Below the pieces are notes generated by a model. That model did no database searches and had not been told where the DNA came from. It saw only the letters and a program-made list of their open reading frames with translations. A stretch of DNA of 64,000 bases from Inquilinaceae bacterium (GTDB lineage Bacteria > Pseudomonadota > Alphaproteobacteria > DSM-16000 > Inquilinaceae). The translations under genes were made by a program, and so were the position numbers. The stretch spans positions 10,534-74,533 of the forward strand of contig JBQLZQ010000016.1 of assembly GCA_052168355.1 (NCBI GenBank), written 5' to 3'. Shown piece after piece: positions 9,010-19,063 of this stretch. Positions within the stretch are counted from its first letter, which is position 1, and each line of letters begins with the position of its first letter.

Positions 9010-10554
9010 TCAGGACCCGCTTTGCCAGAACGGCGAGGCGTCCGCGAACCTGTTCCAGTCCCGCAGCAATTCCGGTTCCGCGACGTTGAGCCGTTGGGCG
9101 TGCCAGCCGACCACCAGCCCCGCCGGGTAATCGATCGCGTCGCCGCCGGTCCGGCGCAATATGGCCATCAGCCGCTGCGCCGTGGCGATATCGTTGAGGT
9201 GACCCAGATCGTCCTGCAGCGCCGCCATCGCCTTGAGGTACGGCTTGGCCTTCTTCTTGGGATAGAGGGCGCTGAAGAACCCAGCCGCGTAGCGCATCTT
9301 CTTGAGCGCGATCCGCACCTGGTGCCGGCCGTCGGTATCCAGGGATGCGAACCGCCGGCCCAGCCGGGCGACCTTGCGCTGCCGCTTGGCCAACAGGTGC
9401 AGGGCGAGATCGGCGACCGGCCGGTCGTGCCACGCCGATGTCCGCGCCCGCCAGCCGCCGCTTTCCAGCCACAGCCCCAGGCGCAGCAGAAAGGTCGTGT
9501 ACCGGGGCGACTCGATGGCGGTGCGCGCCGCCTCATATCCAGCCGCCCGCGCGACCTCGGCGGCCTCGCGCAGCCGGACCAGGGCCGTATCCTCGATGCT
9601 CTGGGCTTGCAGCGGTGCCAGCGTTTCGGAAAGGAACACGTCCCAGTCGCGTGCCGCGCCCAGGCTGCCGGCGGCCCATTGCGCCTCCGCCTTGAAATAG
9701 GCCGCGTCCGCTTCGGGGATGACGCCACCGAAGATCGACAGGGCCGACCGGAAGCGCCGCAGGCCGACCCGCATCTGATGCACGCCTTCGGGGTGGCGTC
9801 CATCCAGGGCGGCCGCCTCGTTGGCGGTCCAGTGGGCCATGCAATGGCGCAAAATCGCGGCCATCGCCGTGTCGACCGTCAGCCTTGGCTTGAGTTTCAG
9901 CCGATCAGGCCCGTGCCAGTCCGGCGGGCCGCCGTCGGCCAGGGCGTAGCCCCGGTCGGATTTGCTGCGCCATTCTATCCGCAACGGCGCCTGCTCGTGG
10001 AGCGCCAGGGCCAGCCGGAAGATTGCGGCGGTCGATCCGCCCTTCAGTTCCAGCTCGATTTCCGACACCGGAATCCGGTCGCCCGCCGCGGCGATGGTCC
10101 CCTCATCGAAGGCCAGTTCGATATGGCTTGCCGACCCGTCGGGTTCGGACGACTCCAGAGTCCGGGTCTCGCGTTTGATGCTGCTGGAGAAAATCGGGCG
10201 CAGCGCCGTTTCGCTCAACGCAGTGATTTTGGCCAGGGCCGTGGTGTGCAGGAGAGCGTTGATGTCCGGATCGGCCGATCCCAGCGGCGTTTCCCATTCC
10301 GCCCGGTCGAACCCGTCGGCACCCACGCCGCCGGCTTTCACCGTTTGCACATATCGGCGCCCGGACTTGCGGACCCGGAACGCGATCTTGCGTTGGCGCA
10401 GATCCATGTCAACGGTGTCGTAGTAGGTGTTTTCCAGGCGCTTGGGCCGTCCGCGCGGCTGGCCCTCGCCGGCGATCATCGGCGCGGCGCGCACGGCTGC
10501 CAGGGATTCCGGCGATCCCACCAGCTTCAGTTCGATCTCCCGGTTGGCGGGCAT
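9010..10554 (-). CDS. CYTH and CHAD domain-containing protein (triphosphatase-like)
   Basis: The N-terminus has EIELKL...YYDT...FRVR (CYTH). The C-terminal half has HQMRVGLRRFRSAL and RIALKKMRYAAGFF (CHAD helices). ATG at 10554 is preceded by GAAGGGGG. The track ORF continues to 11823, but that part is antisense to pgk. Confidence 0.85.
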   Translation of the reverse strand: MPANREIELKLVGSPESLAAVRAAPMIAGEGQPRGRPKRLENTYYDTVDMDLRQRKIAFRVRKSGRRYVQTVKAGGVGADGFDRAEWETPLGSADPDINALLHTTALAKITALSETALRPIFSSSIKRETRTLESSEPDGSASHIELAFDEGTIAAAGDRIPVSEIELELKGGSTAAIFRLALALHEQAPLRIEWRSKSDRGYALADGGPPDWHGPDRLKLKPRLTVDTAMAAILRHCMAHWTANEAAALDGRHPEGVHQMRVGLRRFRSALSIFGGVIPEADAAYFKAEAQWAAGSLGAARDWDVFLSETLAPLQAQSIEDTALVRLREAAEVARAAGYEAARTAIESPRYTTFLLRLGLWLESGGWRARTSAWHDRPVADLALHLLAKRQRKVARLGRRFASLDTDGRHQVRIALKKMRYAAGFFSALYPKKKAKPYLKAMAALQDDLGHLNDIATAQRLMAILRRTGGDAIDYPAGLVVGWHAQRLNVAEPELLRDWNRFADASPFWQSGS

Positions 10555-10794
10555 CGCCCCCTTCTTTCGCTCGGCTGACTTGGTCATCACCGACAAATTG
10601 TTTTGTTTACTATGATTTTCCATGTCTTTTCGTCGATGGCGTTCGCCCTTGCGACCGCGCGTCGCAACGACCCACAGAAACAAACACGGCCGCAAGGGGT
10701 TTTCGCACCGGCGCGGCTCACCTATGTGTCGTCTGTGACGCGGCCGATGGTCTAAAACAAGCTTGGCCAAAACAAGAGGGAGCCCGATCAGCCC

Positions 10795-12006
10795 ATGTCC
10801 GCGCACGCATCCGACTTCAAAACCCTGGACGACATCGATGTGGCCGGCAAGACGGTGCTGGTCCGCGGCGATCTGAATGTTCCGATGAAGGACGGAGCGG
10901 TGACCGACGCAACGCGCCTGGAGCGTCTGGCGCCGACCCTGATCGAGCTGGCGGACAAGGGCGCGCGGGTCGTCGTCCTGTCCCATTTCGGTCGGCCGAA
11001 GGGAACCGCCGATCCCAAATACTCCCTGCGTTCCGTCGTGACCGCGCTGGAAAAGGCGGTGGGCGGCCGTTCGGTCGCGTTCGCGGAGGATTGTGTCGGC
11101 GCCAGGGCGGAAGCCGCCGTCGCGGCCGCCGCCGGCGGCGACATCGTGCTGCTGGAGAATTTGCGCTTTCACCCGGGCGAGGAGAGGAACGACAGCGACT
11201 TCGCCGCGCAACTGGCCGCGCTTGGCGACCTCTATGTCAACGATGCGTTTTCCGCCGCCCATCGCGCCCACGCCTCGACGGAAGCGATCGCGCGTCTGCT
11301 GCCGGCCGCGGCGGGCCGGCTGATGCAGGCCGAACTGCAGGCGCTGGGCCGGGCCCTCGACCGGCCCCAACGGCCGGTGGTGGCCATCGTCGGCGGCGCC
11401 AAGATCTCGACCAAGCTCACATTGCTGGAGAACATGGTGCGCCGGGTCGACGTGCTGGTCCTGGGCGGCGGCATGGCGAACACGTTTCTGCACGCGTCCG
11501 GTACCGATATGGGTGCCAGCCTGTGCGAAAAGGACATGGCCGACCAGGCCCGCCGGATTGCCGATACGGCCAAGGGGGCGGGGTGTGAGATCATGCTGCC
11601 CACGGACGGCGTGGTGGCCCGCGAGTTTGCCGAGAACGCGGCCAACGAGGTCGTCGCGGTCGATGCCATTCCGGCGGACGCCATGATGCTGGACATCGGG
11701 CCCGGCAGCGTCCGGCGGGTGGTGGACAAGCTTTCCGATTGCCGCACGATCGTATGGAACGGGCCGCTGGGTGCGTTCGAGATCGCCCCGTTCGACGCCG
11801 GCACCAACGATGTGGCCCGCCACGCCGCCACCCTGACCCAGTCCGGGCGGGTGCTGACGGTGGCGGGCGGCGGCGATACGGTGGCCGCCCTGGCCCGGGC
11901 CGGCGTTCTGGACAAATTCAGCTATGTATCGACCGCCGGCGGTGCTTTCCTGGAGTGGCTGGAAGGCAAGGACCTGCCGGGCGTGGCGGCGCTGAAGTCA
12001 GTTTGA
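10795..12006 (+). CDS. pgk: phosphoglycerate kinase
   Basis: Full-length PGK translation ([18 protein letters not shown], ...GGAKISTKL..., GGGDT). Confidence 0.97.
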   Translation: MSAHASDFKTLDDIDVAGKTVLVRGDLNVPMKDGAVTDATRLERLAPTLIELADKGARVVVLSHFGRPKGTADPKYSLRSVVTALEKAVGGRSVAFAEDCVGARAEAAVAAAAGGDIVLLENLRFHPGEERNDSDFAAQLAALGDLYVNDAFSAAHRAHASTEAIARLLPAAAGRLMQAELQALGRALDRPQRPVVAIVGGAKISTKLTLLENMVRRVDVLVLGGGMANTFLHASGTDMGASLCEKDMADQARRIADTAKGAGCEIMLPTDGVVAREFAENAANEVVAVDAIPADAMMLDIGPGSVRRVVDKLSDCRTIVWNGPLGAFEIAPFDAGTNDVARHAATLTQSGRVLTVAGGGDTVAALARAGVLDKFSYVSTAGGAFLEWLEGKDLPGVAALKSV

Positions 12007-12044
12007 ATTTATCCGTGCGTGTCGGACCCATCGGAGCCGTAGCC

Positions 12045-13301
12045 ATGACCCCTATACCGCCGATCCGCCTTGCCTTGGCCATGACGGCCGGCGCCTTGGC
12101 GCTTGTGACGGCCGGCATTGCCGGTGCGCAAAACCAGGTGCCGGGGACCCGCATTCATGTCACGCCGGCGGACATGCCCCCGCCCTTCGCCACGGACAGC
12201 GTCTCCAACGGCCCCGATATCATCGACCGGCCGGCCGATGCAACGCTGGCGGTGCCGCCCGGGTTCACCGCCTCCCTGTTCGCGGAGGGGCTGGAGCGTC
12301 CGAGGGAATTCGCCATCGCGCCCAACGGCGATGTGCTGGTGTCCCTGCCCCGGGTCGATCGGATCATGTTGCTCCGCGACGCGGATGGCGATGGGCGGGC
12401 CGAGACGGTCGGCACCTTCATCGACGATTTCGACCGGCCTTACGGTCTGGCGATCCTCGACGGCCATCTGTATGTCGCCGATGCCGACGGTCTGTGGCGG
12501 ATCCCATATGCCGCCGGTGACGAGACGGCCTCGGACAGGCCGGAGAGACTGACGGCGCGGTCCGCGCTGGGCAGCGCCAGGGGCCATTGGACCCGAAGCC
12601 TGGCCATCAGTCCCGACGGCACCCGGGCCTATATCGGGGTCGGATCCCGCGACAACATCGACGACGAAGACCCGCCACGGGCCACGATCCAGGAATTCGC
12701 CCTCGACGGCGGAGAGGGTGCCGCGCAGCAGAGCACGCTGGCCAGCGGCCTGCGCAACCCCGTCGGCATGGCCTTCGCGCCGGGCACGTCCGATCTGTAC
12801 ACCGTCGTCAACGAACGCGACGGGTTGGGCGACGGGCTGGTCCCCGATTTTCTCACCCGTGTGGAGCGGGGGGCGTTCTATGGCTGGCCCTACGCCTATA
12901 TCGGCCCGAACCCGCAGCCCGACTATGCCGAACGGCGGCCAGACCTGGTGGAGCAGACGGTGGTTCCCGATGTGCTGTTTGAGGCCCATTCGGCGCCCAT
13001 CGGGCTGGTCTTCTACGACGGCGACCTGTTTCCCCCGGACTATCGCGGCGACGCCTTTGTCGCCCTGCGCGGGTCGTGGAACCGGTCAGACCCGACCGGA
13101 TACAAAGTGGTGCGGGTGCCGTTTACCGATGGGCGGCCCGAAGGCTGGTATGAAACCTTCGCCAGCGGTTTCTGGACCGACGGGACCGATCAGGCGCGGG
13201 TCTGGGGGCGGCCAACGGGTCTGGCGGTCATGCCCGACGGTGCCTTGCTGATCGCCGATGAAATCGGCGGCACGATCTGGCGGGTAACCTACGGCCAATA
13301 G
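12045..13301 (+). CDS. PQQ-dependent sugar (sorbosone/glucose) dehydrogenase-family beta-propeller protein, secreted
   Basis: ATG at 12045 is followed by a signal peptide (ALAMTAGALALVTAGIAGAQ). The rest is propeller-like (...GLERPREFAIAPNGDVLV..., RNPVGMAF, FYGWPY). Confidence 0.85.
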   Translation: MTPIPPIRLALAMTAGALALVTAGIAGAQNQVPGTRIHVTPADMPPPFATDSVSNGPDIIDRPADATLAVPPGFTASLFAEGLERPREFAIAPNGDVLVSLPRVDRIMLLRDADGDGRAETVGTFIDDFDRPYGLAILDGHLYVADADGLWRIPYAAGDETASDRPERLTARSALGSARGHWTRSLAISPDGTRAYIGVGSRDNIDDEDPPRATIQEFALDGGEGAAQQSTLASGLRNPVGMAFAPGTSDLYTVVNERDGLGDGLVPDFLTRVERGAFYGWPYAYIGPNPQPDYAERRPDLVEQTVVPDVLFEAHSAPIGLVFYDGDLFPPDYRGDAFVALRGSWNRSDPTGYKVVRVPFTDGRPEGWYETFASGFWTDGTDQARVWGRPTGLAVMPDGALLIADEIGGTIWRVTYGQ

Positions 13302-13418
13302 GCCTCATGGCCTCGGATTTCGGCCGCATAACCTCTTGTTAACACCTGGCGGCCCATGATGCGGCCAGGGCGGATCCCAGGGACCCGCCCGTTCCTGTCA
13401 TGGACTCGAGGTCGTTCG

Positions 13419-13667
13419 ATGCAGGTTTCCCCGTCCGCCGGCGTTTTTCAGGCCCTTTCCGCGTTTTTTCAGCCCGGTCCGGTTCGCCCCCAGGGCGCCG
13501 GAGACACCGATGCGCCCGCCGTTTCGATGGCCGCCACGACATCCATGGCGCCGCCGCCGGCCGGCTCGACATCCGTGGCCAAGGCCGCGCCGGTCACCGA
13601 CACGTTCGACGGTCCCCCGCCCGAAGGGCCGGTGCGCCGCGGCAGCCTGGTCGACGTCGTCGCCTAG
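13419..13667 (+). CDS. hypothetical small Ala/Pro-rich protein (weak call)
   Basis: An 82-codon frame starts at MQVSPSAGVF... . It is low-complexity, I recognised no motif, and it sits just upstream of the hairpin repeat doublet. Confidence 0.3.
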   Translation: MQVSPSAGVFQALSAFFQPGPVRPQGAGDTDAPAVSMAATTSMAPPPAGSTSVAKAAPVTDTFDGPPPEGPVRRGSLVDVVA

Positions 13668-13672
13668 AGCAG

Positions 13673-13721
13673 GATCGCCTTGGGTGGAATCGCTTCGGCG
13701 ATCCCACCCAAGGCGTGAATC
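13673..13721 (-). repeat. REP-like hairpin element, copy A (minus orientation)
   Basis: On the minus strand it reads GATTCA-CGCCTTGGGTGGGATCGC-CGAA-GCGATTCCACCCAAGGCG-ATC. The stem is 18 bp, and its single G-T pair works only in this orientation. Confidence 0.6.
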
Positions 13722-13747
13722 CTACTCTATTCATAGAGTTAGAGAGC

Positions 13748-13794
13748 GATTCACGTCATTGGTGGAAGCGGGTCCGCTTCCACCAATGACGATC
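13748..13794 (+). repeat. REP-like hairpin element, copy B (plus orientation)
   Basis: It reads GATTCA-CGTCATTGGTGGAAGCGG-gt-CCGCTTCCACCAATGACG-ATC, with a perfect 18-bp stem. It lies back-to-back with copy A, separated by a 26-nt spacer. Confidence 0.6.
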
Positions 13795-13830
13795 GCGCTC
13801 TAAGGGTCTCGGGGCCGGCGCCTCACCTCC

Positions 13831-14769
13831 TCAGTGAATCCTGTTGCGATACCGGCTTGGCGGCATTCCGAAGTGCCGGTGGAACACTCTGCTCGCATGG
13901 GCCGGATCGTTGAAGCCCCAACGCAGGGCGATTTCCGTGATGGTCATCCGATCGAGGCGCGGATCGGTCAGATCGCGGCCGATGCGGGCCAGCCTCCTCG
14001 CGCGGATATGGGCGGCCAGAGTCCGCCCGCTGTCGGCGAACGCCATGTGGAGGTAGCGCGGCGTCACGCCAAAGCGCCTGGCGATGCTCGACGGTGACAG
14101 GTCGGGGTCGTCGAGATGACGTTCCACATGCCCAAGGACGCGTGTTGCGAGATCCCGTCCCGCGGTCGGCGTGTCACCCGGGCGCAACAGGCGTCCCAGC
14201 AGATCGATCATAAGGTCGGCCACCAGCAGCGCGTCGTTTGCCGGGATCTGATGGGCCAGCCGGTTCAGCGCCGTCATTTGACTGCACAGCAAGGCACCTA
14301 GGCCCGTCCGGCCGTCGAAAACATGCGTGCCCTTCAGATTGTCGATCAGACCGGCGCGCCGCACGTTCTCCTTGGGCAGGATCAGCGTCACTTTGTGCAG
14401 CCTTTCGTCAAACGCGAAGTCGAGCGGTGCGGCGCTGTCCCATAGGACAAGGTCGCCGGCCCGCAATCGCACCGATACCTCGCCCTGGCGGATCCGTTCG
14501 CTGCCGGCGAGCACCAGAAGCAATCCCATATGCTCCGCGTCGGTGCCGCGAATCTCCCGCCGCCGACGGAAGCCGGCAAGCGGCGCGCTGCGGCATTCGA
14601 CGAGCGTGCAGCCCCCAACGCCCTGCCAGCGCAGCCGACAATCGAACGTATCGCCGTCCCGCCTCATCAACGACCAGGGCAAGTGCACCTGGTTGAGCAT
14701 CGCGCGCATGGCCTCGCCGCGCAACGAAGGCGGCAGGCTGTCGGTTGACCACTGGCCGGCGACGGTCAT
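13831..14769 (-). CDS. AraC-family transcriptional regulator
   Basis: The C-terminal double HTH reads LSPSSIARRFGVTPRYLHMAF...ITEIALRWGFNDPAHASRVFHRHFGMPPSRYR. ATG at 14769 is favoured, and the ORF is open up to 14838. Confidence 0.85.
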   Translation of the reverse strand: MTVAGQWSTDSLPPSLRGEAMRAMLNQVHLPWSLMRRDGDTFDCRLRWQGVGGCTLVECRSAPLAGFRRRREIRGTDAEHMGLLLVLAGSERIRQGEVSVRLRAGDLVLWDSAAPLDFAFDERLHKVTLILPKENVRRAGLIDNLKGTHVFDGRTGLGALLCSQMTALNRLAHQIPANDALLVADLMIDLLGRLLRPGDTPTAGRDLATRVLGHVERHLDDPDLSPSSIARRFGVTPRYLHMAFADSGRTLAAHIRARRLARIGRDLTDPRLDRMTITEIALRWGFNDPAHASRVFHRHFGMPPSRYRNRIH

Positions 14770-14957
14770 CGCTTCGCTTCCCCGCTGCCCGCCACCTGTT
14801 TTCGCTCCGTGGGGCGGTTCAAGGGGCGACATTATCACATTCCAGCTTCGCTCTCGAACAAGCCTGTTCCCTGTGGTGCAAGCGGCGCTCCCGCGACCGC
14901 GCCCAGGCTGACGGCGGGAGAGATCGCTCCCGAGGGACGCGGCAAGGGAGAACGGGC

Positions 14958-15851
14958 ATGCGGCGGGATATCGAATTCAAGACCGAAGACGGGGTCACGC
15001 TGCGCGGCTGGCACTACCCGGCCAAGGGCGTCAGCGGGCCGGCGCCGACGGTGATCATGGCGCACGGCTTTTCGGCGACGCGTGAAATCTTCCTCGACGA
15101 CTTCGCCGAGGTGTTTTCGGAGGCGGGGATCGCGGCGATCGTCTATGACCACCGGAACATCGGCGCCAGCGATGGCGAGCCGCGCGGCCACATCGACCCC
15201 TGGGCCCAGATCAACGGCTACCGCGACGCCATCACCTGGGCGCAGGGTCAGCCGGATGTCGATCCGGCCCGGATCGGCGTTTGGGGGTCAAGCTATTCCG
15301 GGGGACATGTTCTGGTCGTCGCGGCCATCGACAAGCGAGTCAAATGCGTGGTCTCGCAGGTCCCTCTCACCTACGGGCTGGAGACCGCCCAACGTCTGAT
15401 CCGCGGCGACATGTGGGCGGGCCTGCGCGGCATGTTCGACGCCGACCGGGCGGCGCGCCTGCGCGGCGAGAAGGCGGGGACCATGCCGGTGACGGCGCCC
15501 GAGGGCCAGCCCTGCGCGCTGCCGACGGCCGACACTTACGAATTCTTCACCAGCTTCACCAAGACCCGCGAGACGAACTGGAAAAACGAGGTGACGCTGC
15601 ATTCGATCGAGATGTTCACCGAATACGAGCCGGCCGACTATATCGCCCGGATCGCACCGACGCCGCTGCTCATGATCGTCGCCCGCGGCGACCATCTGAC
15701 GCCCTTCGATATGACCGCCCGCGCCTATGAGCAGGCGCTGGAGCCAAAGAAACTGGTCGTGCTGCCGGGCGGACACTTCGAGGCCTATACCGGCGACGCG
15801 TTCGCGACCTCGTCCGCCGCACAGCGGGACTGGTTCCAAAGCCATCTCTAG
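14958..15851 (+). CDS. alpha/beta hydrolase
   Basis: GGGAGAA precedes ATG 14958. VIMAHGFSAT and a nucleophile-elbow region VWGSSYSGGH are present. It is divergent from the AraC regulator gene. Confidence 0.85.
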   Translation: MRRDIEFKTEDGVTLRGWHYPAKGVSGPAPTVIMAHGFSATREIFLDDFAEVFSEAGIAAIVYDHRNIGASDGEPRGHIDPWAQINGYRDAITWAQGQPDVDPARIGVWGSSYSGGHVLVVAAIDKRVKCVVSQVPLTYGLETAQRLIRGDMWAGLRGMFDADRAARLRGEKAGTMPVTAPEGQPCALPTADTYEFFTSFTKTRETNWKNEVTLHSIEMFTEYEPADYIARIAPTPLLMIVARGDHLTPFDMTARAYEQALEPKKLVVLPGGHFEAYTGDAFATSSAAQRDWFQSHL

Positions 15852-15855
15852 GCGT

Positions 15856-16482
15856 TCAGGTTTCGCCTTCCGGTTCGGGCAGCTGGTGACGCAGGATCAG
15901 CGGCACCTGCGCCAATCCGAACACCATGCTGAGCGGCATCAGGCCGAACACCTTGAAATTGACCCACGCGTCGGTCGAAAAGTTGCGCCACACGATCTCG
16001 TTCAGGATCGCCAGCACGACAAAGAAAACGGCCCAGCGCCAGGTCAGGCGGCGCCAGCCATCGTCGTCGATCTGCAGGACGCTTCCCATCACCAGTTTCA
16101 GGTAGCGGCGGCGCAGCGCCAGGCCGACGAACAGCACGGAGGCGAACAGCAAATTGACCACCGTCGGCTTGATCTTGATGAAAATGTCGTCGCGCAGGAA
16201 CAGGGTCAGCCCGCCGAAGGCCATGACGAACACGCACCCGACCAGGGGCATGATCGGCACCCGGCGTTCCAACCGGTAGGACACGGCCACGGAAATCGCC
16301 GTCGCGACCATGAAGACGGCCGTGCCGACCATGATGCCGTAGAACCGGTTGGCCAGGAAAAAGACCACCAAGGGGCCGGCTTCGATGGCCAGGCGAGCGA
16401 GCGGGTTCAGCGCCTCCGGCGTTCCGCCGTCCGTCTGCGCGTCCGCTGTGTCCGGCGTCTTGTTTTCGGTCTCGACGGTCAT
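15856..16482 (-). CDS. yciB: intracellular septation protein A (YciB/IspZ family)
   Basis: The ORF runs from ATG 16482. It is a five-TM protein with the typical ...FFLANRFYGI...IFIKIKPTVVNLLFA... pattern. The track ORF's upstream extension is Arg/Gly junk. Confidence 0.9.
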   Translation of the reverse strand: MTVETENKTPDTADAQTDGGTPEALNPLARLAIEAGPLVVFFLANRFYGIMVGTAVFMVATAISVAVSYRLERRVPIMPLVGCVFVMAFGGLTLFLRDDIFIKIKPTVVNLLFASVLFVGLALRRRYLKLVMGSVLQIDDDGWRRLTWRWAVFFVVLAILNEIVWRNFSTDAWVNFKVFGLMPLSMVFGLAQVPLILRHQLPEPEGET

Positions 16483-16505
16483 GATCCCCTCGGCCCGACA
16501 CCTTC

Positions 16506-17999
16506 CTACTGAAAACCGACTTCGGTAAAGCTGCGCAGCTTGCGGCTGTGCAGGCGTTCCAGCCCCAGTTCGCGGAGCATTTCCATGGCCCTTATGCCGA
16601 TGTCCAGGTGCTGGTTGACCTGAAGCTTGTAGAAGGCATTGGCCATTCCCGGCAGCTTGAGCTCGCCGTGCAGCGGCTTGTCGGAAACGCACAGCAAGGT
16701 GCCGTAGGGAACCCGGAAACGAAAGCCGTTGGCGGCGATGGTGGCGCTTTCCATGTCCAGGGCGACGGCGCGCGACTGGCTGAAGCGTTGCACCGGTTCG
16801 CGCTGGTCGCGCAGTTCCCAGTTGCGGTTGTCGATGGTGGCCACGGTGCCCGTCCGCATGACGCTTTTCAGCTCGTACCCCTTCAGCCCGGTGATCTCGC
16901 TGACCGCGCCTTCCAGCGCCTGCTGGACCTCGGCCAGGGGCGGCACCGGTATCCAGGTTGGAAGATCGGCGTCCAGCACGTGATCTTCGCGGACATAGCC
17001 GTGGGCCAGAACATAATCGCCCAACTTCTGCGTGTTGCGCAGCCCGGCGCAGTGTCCCAGCATCAGCCACGCATAGGGGCGCAGCACGGCGACATGATCG
17101 GTGATGGTCTTGGCGTTGGACGGCCCGACGCCGATGTTGATCATGGTGATGCCGGCATGGTCCTTGGCCTTGAGGTGATAGGCCGGCATCTGCGGCATGC
17201 GGTCCAGCACCGGCCGGTTGGGCCGTCCCGTTTCGTCCAGGCGGACATTGGGCGTGAACCGGTCGCCCGGCTCGACGAACGCCTCGTAGAACGGGTCGCC
17301 CTTTGCCATCCGGGTCTGCGCCAGCCGGGTGAATTCGTCGATATAGAACTGATAGTTGGTGAACAGCACGAAGTTCTGGAAATGCTCGCAGCTGGTGGCG
17401 GTGTAGTGTTTCAGCCGGTGGAGCGAGTAGTCGGTGCGCGGGGCGGTGAACAGGGCCAGCGGCTGGGGCGCGTCGGCCGGCGGCTTGTAGGTGCCGTTGA
17501 CGATGGTGTCGTCGGTCATCGTCAGGTCGGGCACATCGAACGCCTCGCGCAGTTGCGACAGCCGTCCAGGCGCCAGATCGCCCTCCACGTGCAAACCGGT
17601 GGGAAAGGCGAAATGGACCGGTATGGGAACGTCGCTGACCCCCACCTCGACAGGTACGGCGTGGTTGGTCGTCAACTGGCGCAGCTGTTCCAGAAGGTAG
17701 GACCCGAACATGTCGGGCCGCGTCAGCGTCGTCACGTACGTTCCCGGCCCCGACACAAAGCCGTAGCTGAGGCGGGTGTCGACACGCGCGAAGGTATCCG
17801 TCCGTATCTGTACGTAGGGATAGCAGGCACGCACCCGCTCGGCGACGGCGTCGCTGGTCGCGAAATGCTGAAAGCGGTCCCGCAGATAGCGGGTGTTGGC
17901 GTCGTAGATTGCAACGATCCGCCTGTATGCCTCATCGGGATCGTGGAACAGGGTCGGCGCGCCGATGTCCTGCGCATAGTCCTGCGTCTTCGTATCCAT
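16506..17999 (-). CDS. amn: AMP nucleosidase
   Basis: The 497-aa translation has the Amn N-domain and a nucleoside-phosphorylase core (INIGVGPSNAKTITDH...LMLGHCAGL). Confidence 0.93.
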   Translation of the reverse strand: MDTKTQDYAQDIGAPTLFHDPDEAYRRIVAIYDANTRYLRDRFQHFATSDAVAERVRACYPYVQIRTDTFARVDTRLSYGFVSGPGTYVTTLTRPDMFGSYLLEQLRQLTTNHAVPVEVGVSDVPIPVHFAFPTGLHVEGDLAPGRLSQLREAFDVPDLTMTDDTIVNGTYKPPADAPQPLALFTAPRTDYSLHRLKHYTATSCEHFQNFVLFTNYQFYIDEFTRLAQTRMAKGDPFYEAFVEPGDRFTPNVRLDETGRPNRPVLDRMPQMPAYHLKAKDHAGITMINIGVGPSNAKTITDHVAVLRPYAWLMLGHCAGLRNTQKLGDYVLAHGYVREDHVLDADLPTWIPVPPLAEVQQALEGAVSEITGLKGYELKSVMRTGTVATIDNRNWELRDQREPVQRFSQSRAVALDMESATIAANGFRFRVPYGTLLCVSDKPLHGELKLPGMANAFYKLQVNQHLDIGIRAMEMLRELGLERLHSRKLRSFTEVGFQ

Positions 18000-18018
18000 C
18001 GCCGTTCCCTAGCTCGTC

Positions 18019-18993
<975 letters not shown>

Positions 18994-19063
18994 GGCGCGT
19001 TTCTATACACGCTCCGGCGCTCAAGCTGAACGGTGGCGTTTCCGGTCTCGTGCTCCAGCCCCG

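Noticed and set aside
9010-11823. 937-aa ORF on the minus strand
   Set aside because: Only the C-terminal 515 or so aa (9010-10554) look like a real protein, the CYTH+CHAD protein. The upstream 420 aa are Arg/Gly/His/Asp-rich and lie exactly antisense to the unmistakable pgk gene. This is a typical high-G+C open-frame artefact.
13833-13841. GTGAATCCT at the AraC stop region matches the 9-mer at 13715-13723 that flanks hairpin copy A
   Set aside because: A single 9-nt match inside a coding-sequence end has no adjoining hairpin. It is most likely coincidence and not a fourth repeat copy.
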